DNA of 64,000 bases from Treponemataceae bacterium (lineage in GTDB: Bacteria > Spirochaetota > Spirochaetia > Treponematales > Rectinemataceae): assembly GCA_963677895.2 (NCBI GenBank), contig CAXXGJ010000038.1, positions 480,001 to 544,000 of the forward strand, given 5' to 3'. A model generated the notes under the pieces. That model saw nothing but the letters and a program-made list of their open reading frames with translations, had not been told where the DNA came from and made no database searches. Below are positions 40,042-49,998 of this stretch, piece after piece; position 1 is the stretch's first letter; each line of letters opens with the position of its first letter. The position numbers and the translations under genes were made by a program.

Positions 40042-40381
40042 GAACGCCGTCCCCCGCTTTCTTGGCCGAGCTCATAGGTATTCCCGATCCCAGAGCCTGC
40101 GAAACGCCCTCTCCCGACGGCGTCAGCTGGATTCTTAGTTTTTCCTCGGGCAGGGCTTTTTTGAGTCCCATGCGGCTGGCCATGGCTTCGGTTCTTTCCC
40201 TGCTCGAAAGAAGGGCGATTTCCGCCTCGATTTTGCGGTTCTCGGCAATCCAGCTCTCCTGTTCCTCTTCGAGGAGGCGAGCCTTGGCCGACAGGTCGGT
40301 AAAGCGACTCGATTGCCAGACCATGCCTAAGGCAAAGAAGCCGGCCAGGATCATAAGAGTCCAGAAGCGTCCGATTTTCAT
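40034..40381 (-). CDS. ftsL: FtsL-like cell division protein
   Basis: TM plus coiled coil, LSSRER..A..MGL; follows rsmH. Confidence 0.75.
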   Translation of the reverse strand: MKIGRFWTLMILAGFFALGMVWQSSRFTDLSAKARLLEEEQESWIAENRKIEAEIALLSSRERTEAMASRMGLKKALPEEKLRIQLTPSGEGVSQALGSGIPMSSAKKAGDGVHD

Positions 40382-41439
40382 TCCCGCGCTCCTTTCGTGA
40401 CCGATGCCGCAAGGGCCAAGGGCGCGCGCAGGGCGCGCAGCTTCGCCGATCTGGAAGCCGGATTCGTGCCGCATTCCGCGTCGGTCGGTACGCGCGGCTT
40501 TTTATAGATTTCCTCGTAGCCTTTATTTTTGCCGTAGTCTTTGCAGAGTTGTTTGGCGATGCGGTCTTCCAGCGAATGGAAGGAAATGACGGCGAGAATT
40601 CCGCCGGGCGCGAGCATCTCCACGGCGGAGGCGAGCCCCTTCTCTTCTCTCTCCAGTTCGTTATTCACTTTTATCCGCAATGCCTGAAAGGTTCTCGTGG
40701 CGGGATGTATCCTGCCGTATCGATACGAGGAAGGCACAGCGCCCGCCACGATGGAAGCCAGGGCCCTGGATGTCCTGATGGGCGCGTTCCTGCGCGCTTC
40801 GAGAATCGACTTCGCTATGTGTCGCGAATAACGTTCCTCGCCATAGTTAAAAATGACGTCAGCCAAATCGCTTTCCGTCATTTTATTGACGAGATCGAAG
40901 GCGGAAGTCTCGGCTTCGGGGGAAAAGCGCATATCGAGAGGTTCTTCGTTCGCGAAGGAAAAACCCCGCTTGGAATCGAGATAGTGATGCGTTGAGACGC
41001 CGAGGTCGAAAAGGATGAAGTCGGGTCTTTCAAAGCCGGGAAAGGAGGCCCATGCCTCCAGAACCTCGTCGAAATATCCGGCGCGGATTTCCAGCCTGTC
41101 GGCGAAGGGCCGCAGCCTGGCCGCCGAACGCTCCCTCGCTTCGGGATCGGCATCGATGCCGACGTAGCGGACGCCCGAGGATCGCGAAAGTATGGCTTCG
41201 GCGTGGCCGCCGGCGCCTAAGGTGCAGTCGGCCACGAGCGCGTCGGGCTTGCCCAGCATATCGAACAGTTCAAGGATCTCGGCGAGCATCACCGGCGTAT
41301 GGAGAATGACGGGGGCTTCGGCTCCGTCCAGGGAAGATGCTGTTTGGATTGGCTGGGGCTGGGGCTGGGGCTGTTGTTGTTGCGCTTGCCGCGGCCGTGT
41401 TGCCCGGGCCGGCGCCGATCGCGTCGATTTCTTCTTCAT
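40378..41439 (-). CDS. rsmH: 16S rRNA C1402 methyltransferase RsmH
   Basis: HTPVM, DCTLGAGGH, LDMR, TRTFQALRI, FHSLEDR. Confidence 0.97.
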   Translation of the reverse strand: MKKKSTRSAPARATRPRQAQQQQPQPQPQPIQTASSLDGAEAPVILHTPVMLAEILELFDMLGKPDALVADCTLGAGGHAEAILSRSSGVRYVGIDADPEARERSAARLRPFADRLEIRAGYFDEVLEAWASFPGFERPDFILFDLGVSTHHYLDSKRGFSFANEEPLDMRFSPEAETSAFDLVNKMTESDLADVIFNYGEERYSRHIAKSILEARRNAPIRTSRALASIVAGAVPSSYRYGRIHPATRTFQALRIKVNNELEREEKGLASAVEMLAPGGILAVISFHSLEDRIAKQLCKDYGKNKGYEEIYKKPRVPTDAECGTNPASRSAKLRALRAPLALAASVTKGARE

Positions 41440-41453
41440 GGATACCCCGACGC

Positions 41454-41897
41454 CTAAAGCGTCAGGCCTCCGAGATCTTCCGTGTCGCTCAAGAAAGCGC
41501 TCTCGTTGTCGTTTATATATTTCTCGTATTCTTCAGCGTTCCAGATTTCGATGTATTTGGAAATTCCGAGAATGATGCACTCGCGCGACAGCCCGGCCCA
41601 CTCCCTCAATTCCTGTGGAATGGAAATCCTGCCGAGGCGGTCAATCTCGACGCCCGTGGCCGGAGCGATTATCCTGCGCTGTACGTGCCTTGATTTCGCC
41701 TGGAACAGGCTTGTGTTCGCCATGAGTTTCTGGGAGAGATCTTCCCACTGTAGAGGAGGAAAAAGCCAAAGGCATTTGTCGACGCCCTTGGTAAGGACGA
41801 GATTCGTTCCCGGCAGTTCGCTTCTCATTCGCGCGGGGAGTGAGATTCGTCCTTTTTCGTCCAGGGTGTTCCTGAACTCGCCAGTCAGAAGGTTCAT
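41454..41897 (-). CDS. mraZ: Transcriptional regulator MraZ
   Basis: LDEKGRISLP, IDRLGRISIP, IEIW. Confidence 0.97.
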   Translation of the reverse strand: MNLLTGEFRNTLDEKGRISLPARMRSELPGTNLVLTKGVDKCLWLFPPLQWEDLSQKLMANTSLFQAKSRHVQRRIIAPATGVEIDRLGRISIPQELREWAGLSRECIILGISKYIEIWNAEEYEKYINDNESAFLSDTEDLGGLTL

Positions 41898-41934
41898 ACC
41901 ACTATTTCCTACTATTTCCCACAATTTACCACTA
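41898..41934 (-). promoter_or_regulatory. MraZ operator: four GTRG-core repeats at 10-bp period
   Basis: Minus strand TAGTGGTAAA TTGTGGGAAA TAGTAGGAAA TAGTGGT-ATG. Confidence 0.8.
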
Positions 41935-41941
41935 CAACTCA

Positions 41942-41969
41942 ATTCTACCCTTTATAGGAAAGCTGTCAA
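41942..41969 (-). promoter_or_regulatory. Sigma70 promoter of the dcw operon
   Basis: TTGACA-16 nt-TAGAAT. Confidence 0.7.
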
Positions 41970-42188
41970 CGAAAAGAGGGGAAAAGAATAGACAGAAACA
42001 ATATTTTTTCGCGGAACCGCTACACGAGCGTATAGCGGTCAGTCGTCGATCAGTCTGGCCGAACGCGGACGCGGCGAGAGGCGGAAGATCATTCCACGCA
42101 ATGATTAATTGGTTAATTCAATATTCTGCATGCATTTTTTGTGGATCATGCCAAGAAATGAGAATGAGGGTGGCCGGAAGCGGCTATC

Positions 42189-43436
42189 TCAGGTCAGGAG
42201 TTCGCGCGCCAGTCCATGGAGCAAGGCGGAATCGACGCGCGGATGGGCGAATATCCTGATCCTTCTGAGCGACTGGACGAGACTTTTCAGCGAATCGGGA
42301 CCGAATAACCTTGTCCGGGAGGAGAAGGTTTCGCGGCCGTCGCGCGTTCTCACCATCAGATTAGTCTCGAAATCTATCGGCTCCGGAATGTCGATCACGA
42401 TATCCGATTCCCTAACGTTGGCTGCCATAGCAAGAGCCATCTCCGCTTCAAGTCTTTTCCCGAGCTCGTTGAGGTCGGCATGGACGGCGTTTTCGGCGTC
42501 ATAGCTGATTTCACCGACGAGATTGTACATTCTTCCCGCGAAGGCATCCTCGGCCGGCTGGAAGAATTCTGCGGGACCGGCAGCCGTAAGGCTCCTGAAT
42601 CCGGCGTCGTCCAGGCCGTAAAGATTCTCCGGCGCGATGGCGCCATGAGTCAGCCCGAGCAGAACGGACTTTTTTACCATGGAGGTGGCCGAGCGCACCG
42701 TATGATGCCAATAGACGGATCGGTACATCTGATACTTCGAAAAAAGCAGGGCTTCGATGCTCATTTCGCCGCGCACGTCCACCGCCAGCATATCCTCATC
42801 CACGAGAACGCGGCGCAGGATAAAGTCGGCGTCCTGTATTCCATAGGGGATGCCGCAGTAAAAAGCGTCGCGCGTCAGATAGTCGATCTTGTCGGGATCG
42901 AGAACTCCCGAGAGTATGCGTCTGAATAATCGAGTTTCCCTGTCGTCGGGAAGGGAACGATCGCGATCGATGATCGCTGCCACCTGTTCGGGATCCGCCT
43001 CGCAGTCCAGGATTGCCGCACGCAGGGGCTCCTGCAGCACGAGATCACCCGCCAGAGCCTCATGAGCCGCCAGCGGAAGCTCTTTCAGCGAATGGGCGAA
43101 GGGGTAATGCCCCAGGTCGTGGCAGAGGGCGGAGACGAGAAAGGCGCGAAGTCCTTCCGGGCTCGCGAAGGAAATCTGACCGCGTTCGATGAGCGACAAT
43201 GCCAGACGCCGGGCGATATAATATACGCCCATGCTGTGGCCTCTCCTCGTATGGGTCGCGCCCGGATAAAGGTACGTGACGGGACCGAGCTGCCGCACCC
43301 CATCCTGAACCCGAAACGGCGCTGTCTTCGTAAGCTCGAAGAGGGATTCGTCGAAATGTATGTCGCCCCAGACGGGATCGCGAATCACGTTGTCAAATTT
43401 TTGCGAAACGGAAAGCAGTAGACCGAGATCCGACAT
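42189..43436 (-). CDS. HD-domain phosphohydrolase (dNTPase-like)
   Basis: RDPVWG, RQLG, HTRRGHSMG, HDLGHYPFAH, DPDKIDYLTRD. Confidence 0.9.
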   Translation of the reverse strand: MSDLGLLLSVSQKFDNVIRDPVWGDIHFDESLFELTKTAPFRVQDGVRQLGPVTYLYPGATHTRRGHSMGVYYIARRLALSLIERGQISFASPEGLRAFLVSALCHDLGHYPFAHSLKELPLAAHEALAGDLVLQEPLRAAILDCEADPEQVAAIIDRDRSLPDDRETRLFRRILSGVLDPDKIDYLTRDAFYCGIPYGIQDADFILRRVLVDEDMLAVDVRGEMSIEALLFSKYQMYRSVYWHHTVRSATSMVKKSVLLGLTHGAIAPENLYGLDDAGFRSLTAAGPAEFFQPAEDAFAGRMYNLVGEISYDAENAVHADLNELGKRLEAEMALAMAANVRESDIVIDIPEPIDFETNLMVRTRDGRETFSSRTRLFGPDSLKSLVQSLRRIRIFAHPRVDSALLHGLARELLT

Positions 43437-43613
43437 ATGACTCCTCGAAAAAGCCTGCGCCGATAGGCCGCGGCCGCATCTCACGGTCTAGCACAGTAAC
43501 TCCCAGCCCGCAAGAGGATGTATCGTAAACGCCATACGGGAGCATCGTCGGCCGGCGAGGAGCGTCGATTCCCGATCGGTTGAGGAAGCCGGCGGAATTT
43601 GCTATTGTCAGGT

Positions 43614-44567
43614 ATGCAATTCTTGAAGGGTGAGGCCTATCTGGCCGCGAGAGGATTCCTCGGTCATCTGCTCGACGAACTGCCCGGTTACGGGAGGGTG
43701 GACGAAGAGCTGGTCGGCTGCTGGAGCCCGGATGCCTCTCGGCAGCCCGGGATGGCGCCCAAGAATATCTACTGGACGCGCAATGTATGGAATGAACCGT
43801 TCCTCCTGGAATTCGATTCCATATCGCAGGCGGCCAAAGCGCTGCGCGCCATCCAGCGGAATTGGGCGGCCTACCCTACCCGTCTTCACCGAAGGACGGC
43901 CCTGATCGTCGACGCCCTGCCCCATATTCCGGTAAAACCGAAAGCCTTCCCCTTTTCCCTTCCTGAATCGCCGATGGGAAGCTTTACCCTCCTCGAGGAA
44001 CATCTGCTCCTCGGTTCGGCCCGCTGCTCCAGCCCCTTCCCGAACGGGGAGTTTTCCTTCGTGGAAGACAAGGAAGGCCCTCCTTCGCGCGCTTACCGAA
44101 AACTATGGGAAGCTCTTCTCTTCGCCGGCCGACTTCCCGCTCCAGGAGACCTCTGCGTGGACGCCGGTGCCTGTCCGGGGGGCTGGACCTGGGTCCTGGC
44201 CGGACTGGGCGCCGATGTCATCGCCATAGACAGGGCGCCCCTCGATGAATCCGTGGCGGCGATGCCCGGGGTACGCTACATGAAACATGATGCCTTCACC
44301 CTGAAACCAGGCGATATCGGCCCCGTGGATTGGCTTTGTTCCGACGTTATCTGCTATCCCGAGGCTCTTTTCGACTGGATATCGGCATGGAGGGAATCGG
44401 GCCTGGCGAAGAACTTTATCTGCACGATCAAGATGCAGGGGCCATCGTTCGACAAGACGACGACCGACAAATTCGCGGCCATTCCCGGCTCCAAAGTCAT
44501 CCACCTCTGGCACAACAGGCACGAACTCACCTGGATAAACGTGGAGAATTCCGGCGTCGACCGTTAG
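43614..44567 (+). CDS. RlmM/FtsJ-like SAM-dependent RNA methyltransferase
   Basis: PSRAYRKLWEA, DAGACPGGWT, WLCSD. Confidence 0.8.
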   Translation: MQFLKGEAYLAARGFLGHLLDELPGYGRVDEELVGCWSPDASRQPGMAPKNIYWTRNVWNEPFLLEFDSISQAAKALRAIQRNWAAYPTRLHRRTALIVDALPHIPVKPKAFPFSLPESPMGSFTLLEEHLLLGSARCSSPFPNGEFSFVEDKEGPPSRAYRKLWEALLFAGRLPAPGDLCVDAGACPGGWTWVLAGLGADVIAIDRAPLDESVAAMPGVRYMKHDAFTLKPGDIGPVDWLCSDVICYPEALFDWISAWRESGLAKNFICTIKMQGPSFDKTTTDKFAAIPGSKVIHLWHNRHELTWINVENSGVDR

Positions 44568-44578
44568 GAGCCCGGCTC

Positions 44579-46648
44579 TCACCCGGCCTTTTCGGCGAAC
44601 TTGGCCTTCATTCTCGCCAATACGTCCTTGCGCAGATCTTCTTCGGAACGGGCGCTCTCCACGGGATCTTCCGACTTGAGGAATTCCTCGGGCAATTCCG
44701 CCAGGAAGGGAGAGGGCGCGGTATCGACCGCCTGCATGCGGTGCTTTCTTCTCAGGCAGCGGCTAAGGAAAAGCCGCTTTTTAGCCCTCGTCAGGGCTAC
44801 GTAAAAGAGCCGTCTTTCTTCCTCAAGGTCCCCGTCGCCTTCCTCAAGGGATCTCGCGTGAGGTAAAATCCCCTCCTCGCAGCCGGGAATGAAGACGACG
44901 TCGAACTCCAGCCCCTTCGCCGAATGAATCGTGAGAAGACTAATCTTTCCGTCGTCATCGTCCGGATCGTCGCGCGTCACGAGGGCAACGCGCGCCAAAT
45001 ACGCGAAGAGTCCTTTGTCCATCGTGTCGGGATCTTTTTCCCAACGTTCCATGGACGCGGCGAGCAGCTCGATGTTCCTGTATTTCCACGCCGCCGTCTT
45101 GTCGTCCGACTTATATTCCTCGAGCAGATAATGCCAGTAACCGATCCTGTCCACCATCTCCCTCAGACAGGCCGAGATCGGTTTTTTTCTCGACAGAAGC
45201 GTTTCGCGAAAGCTCGTCAGATAGGCGAAGAATTCCATGGCCTCGCGAACCGACTTCACATTGGAGAGAGGATCCTGCGAACGTTCGATGATTTCGAGGG
45301 CCGTATGCATGGACATATTGCGCGAGCGTGAAAAGCCGGATATTTTCTCGAGTCCCACTTTTCCGATGCCGCGTCTCGGAACGTTTATTATCCGCAGGAC
45401 ACTCATGTCGTCGTCCAGGTTGGCCGCTGCCTTGAGATAGGCGAGCATGTCCCTCACTTCCTTGCGCTGATAGAACGAGGGCCCGCCCGCCGTCCTGTAA
45501 GGAAGGCCGGCTTCCATAAGCGATTCCTCTATCACCCTCGCCTGCGAGTTCGTCCTCACGAGAATGCCGAAGGCGTCCCACGCCAGACCGTCGGCGATGC
45601 GCAGGGTCTTCATCCTGAGGATGATGTTCTCGGCCTCCTCGGCTTCGTCCTCAGTCTCGTCGAGCAGAATGGGCACCCCAAGGTTCTTCGCCGGCGACCA
45701 CAGGTTTTTTTTCTTTCTTTTAACGTTGTGCGTTATTAAAGCGTTGGCCGCTCCCAATATGGTGGAGGTAGACCGATAATTTCTCTCCAGCTTTATTTCG
45801 ACTATGCCAGGATGGTCATTTTCGAACTTTTCCATGTTTCCGAAATTCGCGCCTCGCCATGAATAGATAGATTGATCGTCGTCGCCCACCGCGCAGACGT
45901 TGTCCGACGCGAAGGCCTTGATGAGGTCGTACTGCTGAAGCGACGTGTCCTGGAACTCGTCGATCATGACGTAGCGGAATCTCTTTTTAAGCGCGTTGGC
46001 CGATTCTGGAAACGCGTCGAATATCTCGAGGGGCATGGCGATGAGATCGTCGAAATCGACGGCATTGTAGAGGCGAAGGCATTTTCTGTATTCCTCGAAT
46101 AAACCATCGTAGCCGTCGCTTCCTGCGGAAGCGCCGCTTCCCGCGGCGGCGCCGCTTCGCCCGGCATCGGCTTCGCGCGCCCTGGCCGACGGCGAAAAGC
46201 CCGTTCTCCTCGCGGAGATGAACGATGCCGCGTTGGCCGCGTCGAAACCTTCCATCCCGAACCCCAGTTCCCGGGCGCATTCCTTGGCCGCCTGCATCCT
46301 GTCCTGTTCATCGTAGATGGTGAAGTTTTCCTTCCAGCCGAGCCTGTGGATTTCCTTCCGGAGAAACCAAGCGCCGAAGGAATGGAAGGTGGAGACGATC
46401 AGGTTCTTGAGAGGGAGCCCCGTGAGCTCCCTGGTGCGTTCCGCCATCTCGCGGGCAGCCTTATTGGTGAAGGTGAGCGCGAGTATGGATTCCTGGGGCG
46501 CTCCCATGGAAAGAAGCCGAGCGATCCGGTAGGTGATGACGCGAGTCTTGCCCGAGCCTGCACCCGCGATGATGAGAAGCGGCCCTTCGGTGGTCGTGAC
46601 GGCTCGGTATTGTTCCGGATCGAGTTCTGAGGCAAAGTCGATAGCCAT
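44579..46648 (-). CDS. UvrD/PcrA/Rep family helicase
   Basis: AGAGSGKT, DEFQD, GDDDQSIY, HSAKGLEF, EERRLFYVALTRA. Confidence 0.96.
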   Translation of the reverse strand: MAIDFASELDPEQYRAVTTTEGPLLIIAGAGSGKTRVITYRIARLLSMGAPQESILALTFTNKAAREMAERTRELTGLPLKNLIVSTFHSFGAWFLRKEIHRLGWKENFTIYDEQDRMQAAKECARELGFGMEGFDAANAASFISARRTGFSPSARAREADAGRSGAAAGSGASAGSDGYDGLFEEYRKCLRLYNAVDFDDLIAMPLEIFDAFPESANALKKRFRYVMIDEFQDTSLQQYDLIKAFASDNVCAVGDDDQSIYSWRGANFGNMEKFENDHPGIVEIKLERNYRSTSTILGAANALITHNVKRKKKNLWSPAKNLGVPILLDETEDEAEEAENIILRMKTLRIADGLAWDAFGILVRTNSQARVIEESLMEAGLPYRTAGGPSFYQRKEVRDMLAYLKAAANLDDDMSVLRIINVPRRGIGKVGLEKISGFSRSRNMSMHTALEIIERSQDPLSNVKSVREAMEFFAYLTSFRETLLSRKKPISACLREMVDRIGYWHYLLEEYKSDDKTAAWKYRNIELLAASMERWEKDPDTMDKGLFAYLARVALVTRDDPDDDDGKISLLTIHSAKGLEFDVVFIPGCEEGILPHARSLEEGDGDLEEERRLFYVALTRAKKRLFLSRCLRRKHRMQAVDTAPSPFLAELPEEFLKSEDPVESARSEEDLRKDVLARMKAKFAEKAG

Positions 46649-46690
46649 AGTATCCTTGTTGCGAGGCTGAGCTGCGGTATCCCTAAACGA

Positions 46691-47173
46691 TCAGATGGAT
46701 TTGAAAAAAATCGACTTGGCCCCGGCGCCCATCAGGGCGACGAGAAGCGTGACGATTATGCCGGCGACGACAACGCCGCCCACAATCGCGAGACAGGATT
46801 TTTTCCGGTTCATGCCGAGAATCCAGGCGCCGAGCGTTCCCGTCCACGCTCCGGTCACGGGAAGTGGTATGGCGACGAATACGAGGAGTCCCCAGTACCC
46901 GTATTTCTCGACCTTGGCGTGTACTTTCATCCTGGTCTTTTCGACGAAACGATCAAAAAAACCTTTGTACCAGGTCCATTTATAGAAAAGTTTGTGGAAT
47001 GTCGAAAGGAAGAGGAAAGCGATGAGGGGGACAAGCGCGTTGAAACCGATGCCGATAAGGGCGGCGGCAAGAAGATCCGTACCCCTGAGCACGGCAAAGG
47101 GAATGGCTCCCCTCAATTCCGAAATGGGAAGAATGGCGAGCAATGCCGCAAGAAGATTAGTCGTCGTATCCAT
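46691..47173 (-). CDS. Small multidrug export family membrane protein (COG2426-like)
   Basis: LPISELRGAIP, FVAIPLPVTGAWTG. Confidence 0.85.
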   Translation of the reverse strand: MDTTTNLLAALLAILPISELRGAIPFAVLRGTDLLAAALIGIGFNALVPLIAFLFLSTFHKLFYKWTWYKGFFDRFVEKTRMKVHAKVEKYGYWGLLVFVAIPLPVTGAWTGTLGAWILGMNRKKSCLAIVGGVVVAGIIVTLLVALMGAGAKSIFFKSI

Positions 47174-47225
47174 TGCAGGCGATTATAACCGCTTCGCCGA
47201 GAATATTAAAGGAGATGGAGAGATT

Positions 47226-48179
47226 TTATCGCCGGGAGCCCGAAAGGAAAGAGACGACTGTCCTGGAGAAGAGGTCGGGGTCGGCTTCCATCCAGCGAAT
47301 GCCGGGCAGGGCGCGCAGGAAGGTCATCTGACGTTTCATGTATTGGTTCGTATGAAGTTCTATCGCCTTTGCTATATCGCCCTGCGGCGCGCCTTCCATG
47401 GAGAAGAATTCGCTGTAGCCTATGGCCTTGAGCCCAGGACATTCGGCGGTATAGCCCGCGGACTTCAGCGCGTCGACTTCGTCCGCGAGACCCGCCTCGA
47501 ACATCTTTTCAACCCGGGCATGGATGCGCCTCTTCAGCTCGTCGCGGGGTCTTTCGACGCCCAGGATGAGAAATTCGTATCCGGAGCGCGGCTCGCTGGA
47601 GGGAGCGAAACAGGAAGGCGGCCGTCCGCTCATCCTCAGAATTTCCACCGCTCTCGTCAAGCGATACAGATCGTGCTCGTTGATCCGGGCGGCGGACGCC
47701 GGGTCGGCGTCCGCGAGCTCGCGGCGAAGCTTCTCCGGCCCCAGCCTTTCGAGGTCTTCCGCGACTACCTTCCTCACCGCGGGATCGGCGGGGGGAGCCG
47801 TACCCGCTCCGCAGACGAAGCTTTTCAGGTAAAAGCCCGTGCCGCCCGAAATTACCGGCACGACATTCTTTTCGGCCAGGGAAAAGCATAAGGCATCGGC
47901 AAGGCGAACGAATTCTCCCGCCGTATACTGTTCGTCGGGATTCTTGATGTCGATCAGATGATGGGGAAGTCGGCCGAGGAGATCGGCGTCGGGCTTGGCC
48001 GTTCCTATATCCATTCCCCTGTACGCCTGCATGGAATCGGCGCTTATGACGGCGGCGGCGGAAGGAAGGTTTTTATCGTCGGGACTGATTTTTCCGAGGG
48101 AAGCGAAAAACGAAAAAGCTCCTCGACCAAAAACGCTGTCAAGGAGCTCCGTTTTGCCCGATGCCGTCGGGCCGGTCAC
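47226..48179 (-). CDS. miaA: tRNA dimethylallyltransferase (true start probably slightly upstream)
   Basis: GPTASGKT, SADSMQAY, GGTGFY, KRQMTF. Confidence 0.96.
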   Translation of the reverse strand: MTGPTASGKTELLDSVFGRGAFSFFASLGKISPDDKNLPSAAAVISADSMQAYRGMDIGTAKPDADLLGRLPHHLIDIKNPDEQYTAGEFVRLADALCFSLAEKNVVPVISGGTGFYLKSFVCGAGTAPPADPAVRKVVAEDLERLGPEKLRRELADADPASAARINEHDLYRLTRAVEILRMSGRPPSCFAPSSEPRSGYEFLILGVERPRDELKRRIHARVEKMFEAGLADEVDALKSAGYTAECPGLKAIGYSEFFSMEGAPQGDIAKAIELHTNQYMKRQMTFLRALPGIRWMEADPDLFSRTVVSFLSGSRR

Positions 48180-48189
48180 GATAATGACC

Positions 48190-48384
48190 TTAACTATTGA
48201 TGAACCGATAATCCACCTGCTTGCCGAAAACCTGCTGGGCTGCCAGGGATACGACCTTGCCGTTGTTTTTCTCGACCTCGGGCGTCTTCAGCACGGCCAG
48301 CTGGAATGCCCGCCTGTTTACGGCGACGGCCAGTTCGTATGAATTGGTATTGTAATTAATGAGTTGTTCGAGAGGCATTATCAT
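48190..48384 (-). CDS. rpoZ: RNA polymerase omega-like subunit
   Basis: NSYELAVAVNRRAFQL, KVVSLA; 64 aa. Confidence 0.75.
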   Translation of the reverse strand: MIMPLEQLINYNTNSYELAVAVNRRAFQLAVLKTPEVEKNNGKVVSLAAQQVFGKQVDYRFINS

Positions 48385-48419
48385 CGTTCGCTCCTATGGA
48401 CCATTCTATCCGCTTTCAA

Positions 48420-48710
48420 TTACAGGCCAAGTTCACCCAAACGCTTATCCAGACTGTCGAGAAGCGAAGCCGCTTCGGATTCCCTGGAAGCGGAAGCTTT
48501 CTGATTCTCGCCGCGACGCATTTCGTCCAAAGTCAGAAGGTTCGTGATGAGGGCCAGCTTGAGCGGATCCACGATTTTCATCTGGCCGGAAACGCCTGAA
48601 AGCCTTTCTTTAAGCTCCGAAACCAGGCCTTCGATATACTCTCGATCTTCATCGGTGCGAATAGTGAAGGAAACGCCGAGCACTTCAATGGGAATAATCT
48701 GAGATGGCAC
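48420..48710 (-). CDS. zapA: ZapA family protein
   Basis: IEVLGVSFTI..YIE..LALITNLLTLDE. Confidence 0.8.
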   Translation of the reverse strand: MPSQIIPIEVLGVSFTIRTDEDREYIEGLVSELKERLSGVSGQMKIVDPLKLALITNLLTLDEMRRGENQKASASRESEAASLLDSLDKRLGELGL

Positions 48711-48723
48711 TTTCCGGCCTTCC

Positions 48724-49386
48724 TCAGAATATGTCGAGTTCATGTTCGTCGCCTTGTGACGAGTTTCCGGGGAGCTGCTCGCCTCGAAACATTGCGCCGA
48801 GAAACGGCGACTCCTGGGGTTCGGTGGCCGCTGGAGACTGGTCGACTGCTTCCGCCTTTTCTTCCCCGGCAGCTGACGTTTCGTCGACGACCGCCGCATC
48901 GGCGTTGCCGACAGATATGCCCATCACCAGATCCTCGAAGGCATCCAGCTTCTGGAGGGCATGCGTCAGTCCTTCCTCTATCCTCGACTGTTCCCTCTGG
49001 AGTTCTTCGGCCTTGGATTCGAGATCGGCGGACTTGCGCTCCGCCGCGAGGGTTCGATCCCTGTATGAAGCGTTCTCGGCCTCGGCATCCTTGACCCTTT
49101 CCTCTGCCGTCTTGACTCTTCCCTCAGCCGTTTTGACTCTTTCCTCGGCTGCCGCGAGACGCGCGTTGAGGTCCTGGATCAGAGCCTCGGAATCCGAGGC
49201 CGTTCGGAGGGATGCCGTGGATTTTCTCTCGAGCTCTGAATAGGCTGCCTTGACCTGCTCCTCGGAGCGCGAGGCTTCTATGAGACGCTGCTCGAGTTCG
49301 GCATTTTCCCTTCGAAGCTTATCGATCAGTACAACCGCTTTCTCAACCCGCGCCTCGAGGGCGCGGATTTGCTCGAGGCTTACCAT
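48724..49386 (-). CDS. ZapB-like coiled-coil protein
   Basis: SLEQIRALEARVEKAVVLIDKLRREN; upstream of zapA. Confidence 0.7.
   Translation of the reverse strand: MVSLEQIRALEARVEKAVVLIDKLRRENAELEQRLIEASRSEEQVKAAYSELERKSTASLRTASDSEALIQDLNARLAAAEERVKTAEGRVKTAEERVKDAEAENASYRDRTLAAERKSADLESKAEELQREQSRIEEGLTHALQKLDAFEDLVMGISVGNADAAVVDETSAAGEEKAEAVDQSPAATEPQESPFLGAMFRGEQLPGNSSQGDEHELDIF
49090..49152. repeat. Three degenerate 21-bp heptad repeats (AEERVKT)
   Basis: CTTGACCCTTTCCTCTGCCGT-like units in tandem. Confidence 0.75.
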
Positions 49387-49390
49387 GGCC

Positions 49391-49750
49391 TCAGACCTTC
49401 AACGCCGCTTTCGCCTGCTCGACGATAGCGGAAAAAGCCGCCGGATCCGTGATGGCGAGATCCGCGAGGACTTTCCGGTTCATCGTGATGCCGGCCTTGT
49501 TGATGCCTTCGATGAACCTGCTATAGGTGAGATCCTGAGCCCTGCAGGCCGCGTTGATACGGGCGATCCAGAGAGTCCTGAATACGTCCTTCTTGTCGCG
49601 CCTGTCCTTGTAAGCGTCGGAGAGAGCTTTCGCTACCGCGTCCTTCGCAACCTTATAGTTGGAATGACGTCTTCCCCAATAACCTTTGGCGATCTTGAGT
49701 ATTTTCTTGCGGTGATCTTTACGTTTGGTGCCGTCTACTGCTCTTGACAT
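49391..49750 (-). CDS. rplT: 50S ribosomal protein L20
   Basis: AKGYWG, LWIARINAA, NRKVLADLA. Confidence 0.98.
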   Translation of the reverse strand: MSRAVDGTKRKDHRKKILKIAKGYWGRRHSNYKVAKDAVAKALSDAYKDRRDKKDVFRTLWIARINAACRAQDLTYSRFIEGINKAGITMNRKVLADLAITDPAAFSAIVEQAKAALKV

Positions 49751-49774
49751 TCCATTTCTCCTGTTAAGCCCGAA

Positions 49775-49975
49775 CTAGCCGTTGGGCAGAAGCTTCTTCT
49801 TGATCTGGTGCATCGGACCAGCAGCGACGAAACCCGGCTTCCGCAGATTTCTCTTCCGTTTCGAACTTTTTTTCGTCAAAATATGGCGAAGATTCATTTT
49901 CTTGTATTTAACCTTACCGCTGGCGGTAAGGGTAAACCGCTTGCTGGCGGCTTTCTTCGTCTTCATCTTGGGCAT
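49775..49975 (-). CDS. rpmI: 50S ribosomal protein L35
   Basis: [20 protein letters not shown]. Confidence 0.98.
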   Translation of the reverse strand: MPKMKTKKAASKRFTLTASGKVKYKKMNLRHILTKKSSKRKRNLRKPGFVAAGPMHQIKKKLLPNG

Positions 49976-49998
49976 GATCTACCGTCCTTCTCGTAGTT

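Noticed and set aside
41898..41934. 10-bp repeats as CRISPR or iteron array
   Set aside because: Too short, no spacers; matches an MraZ operator
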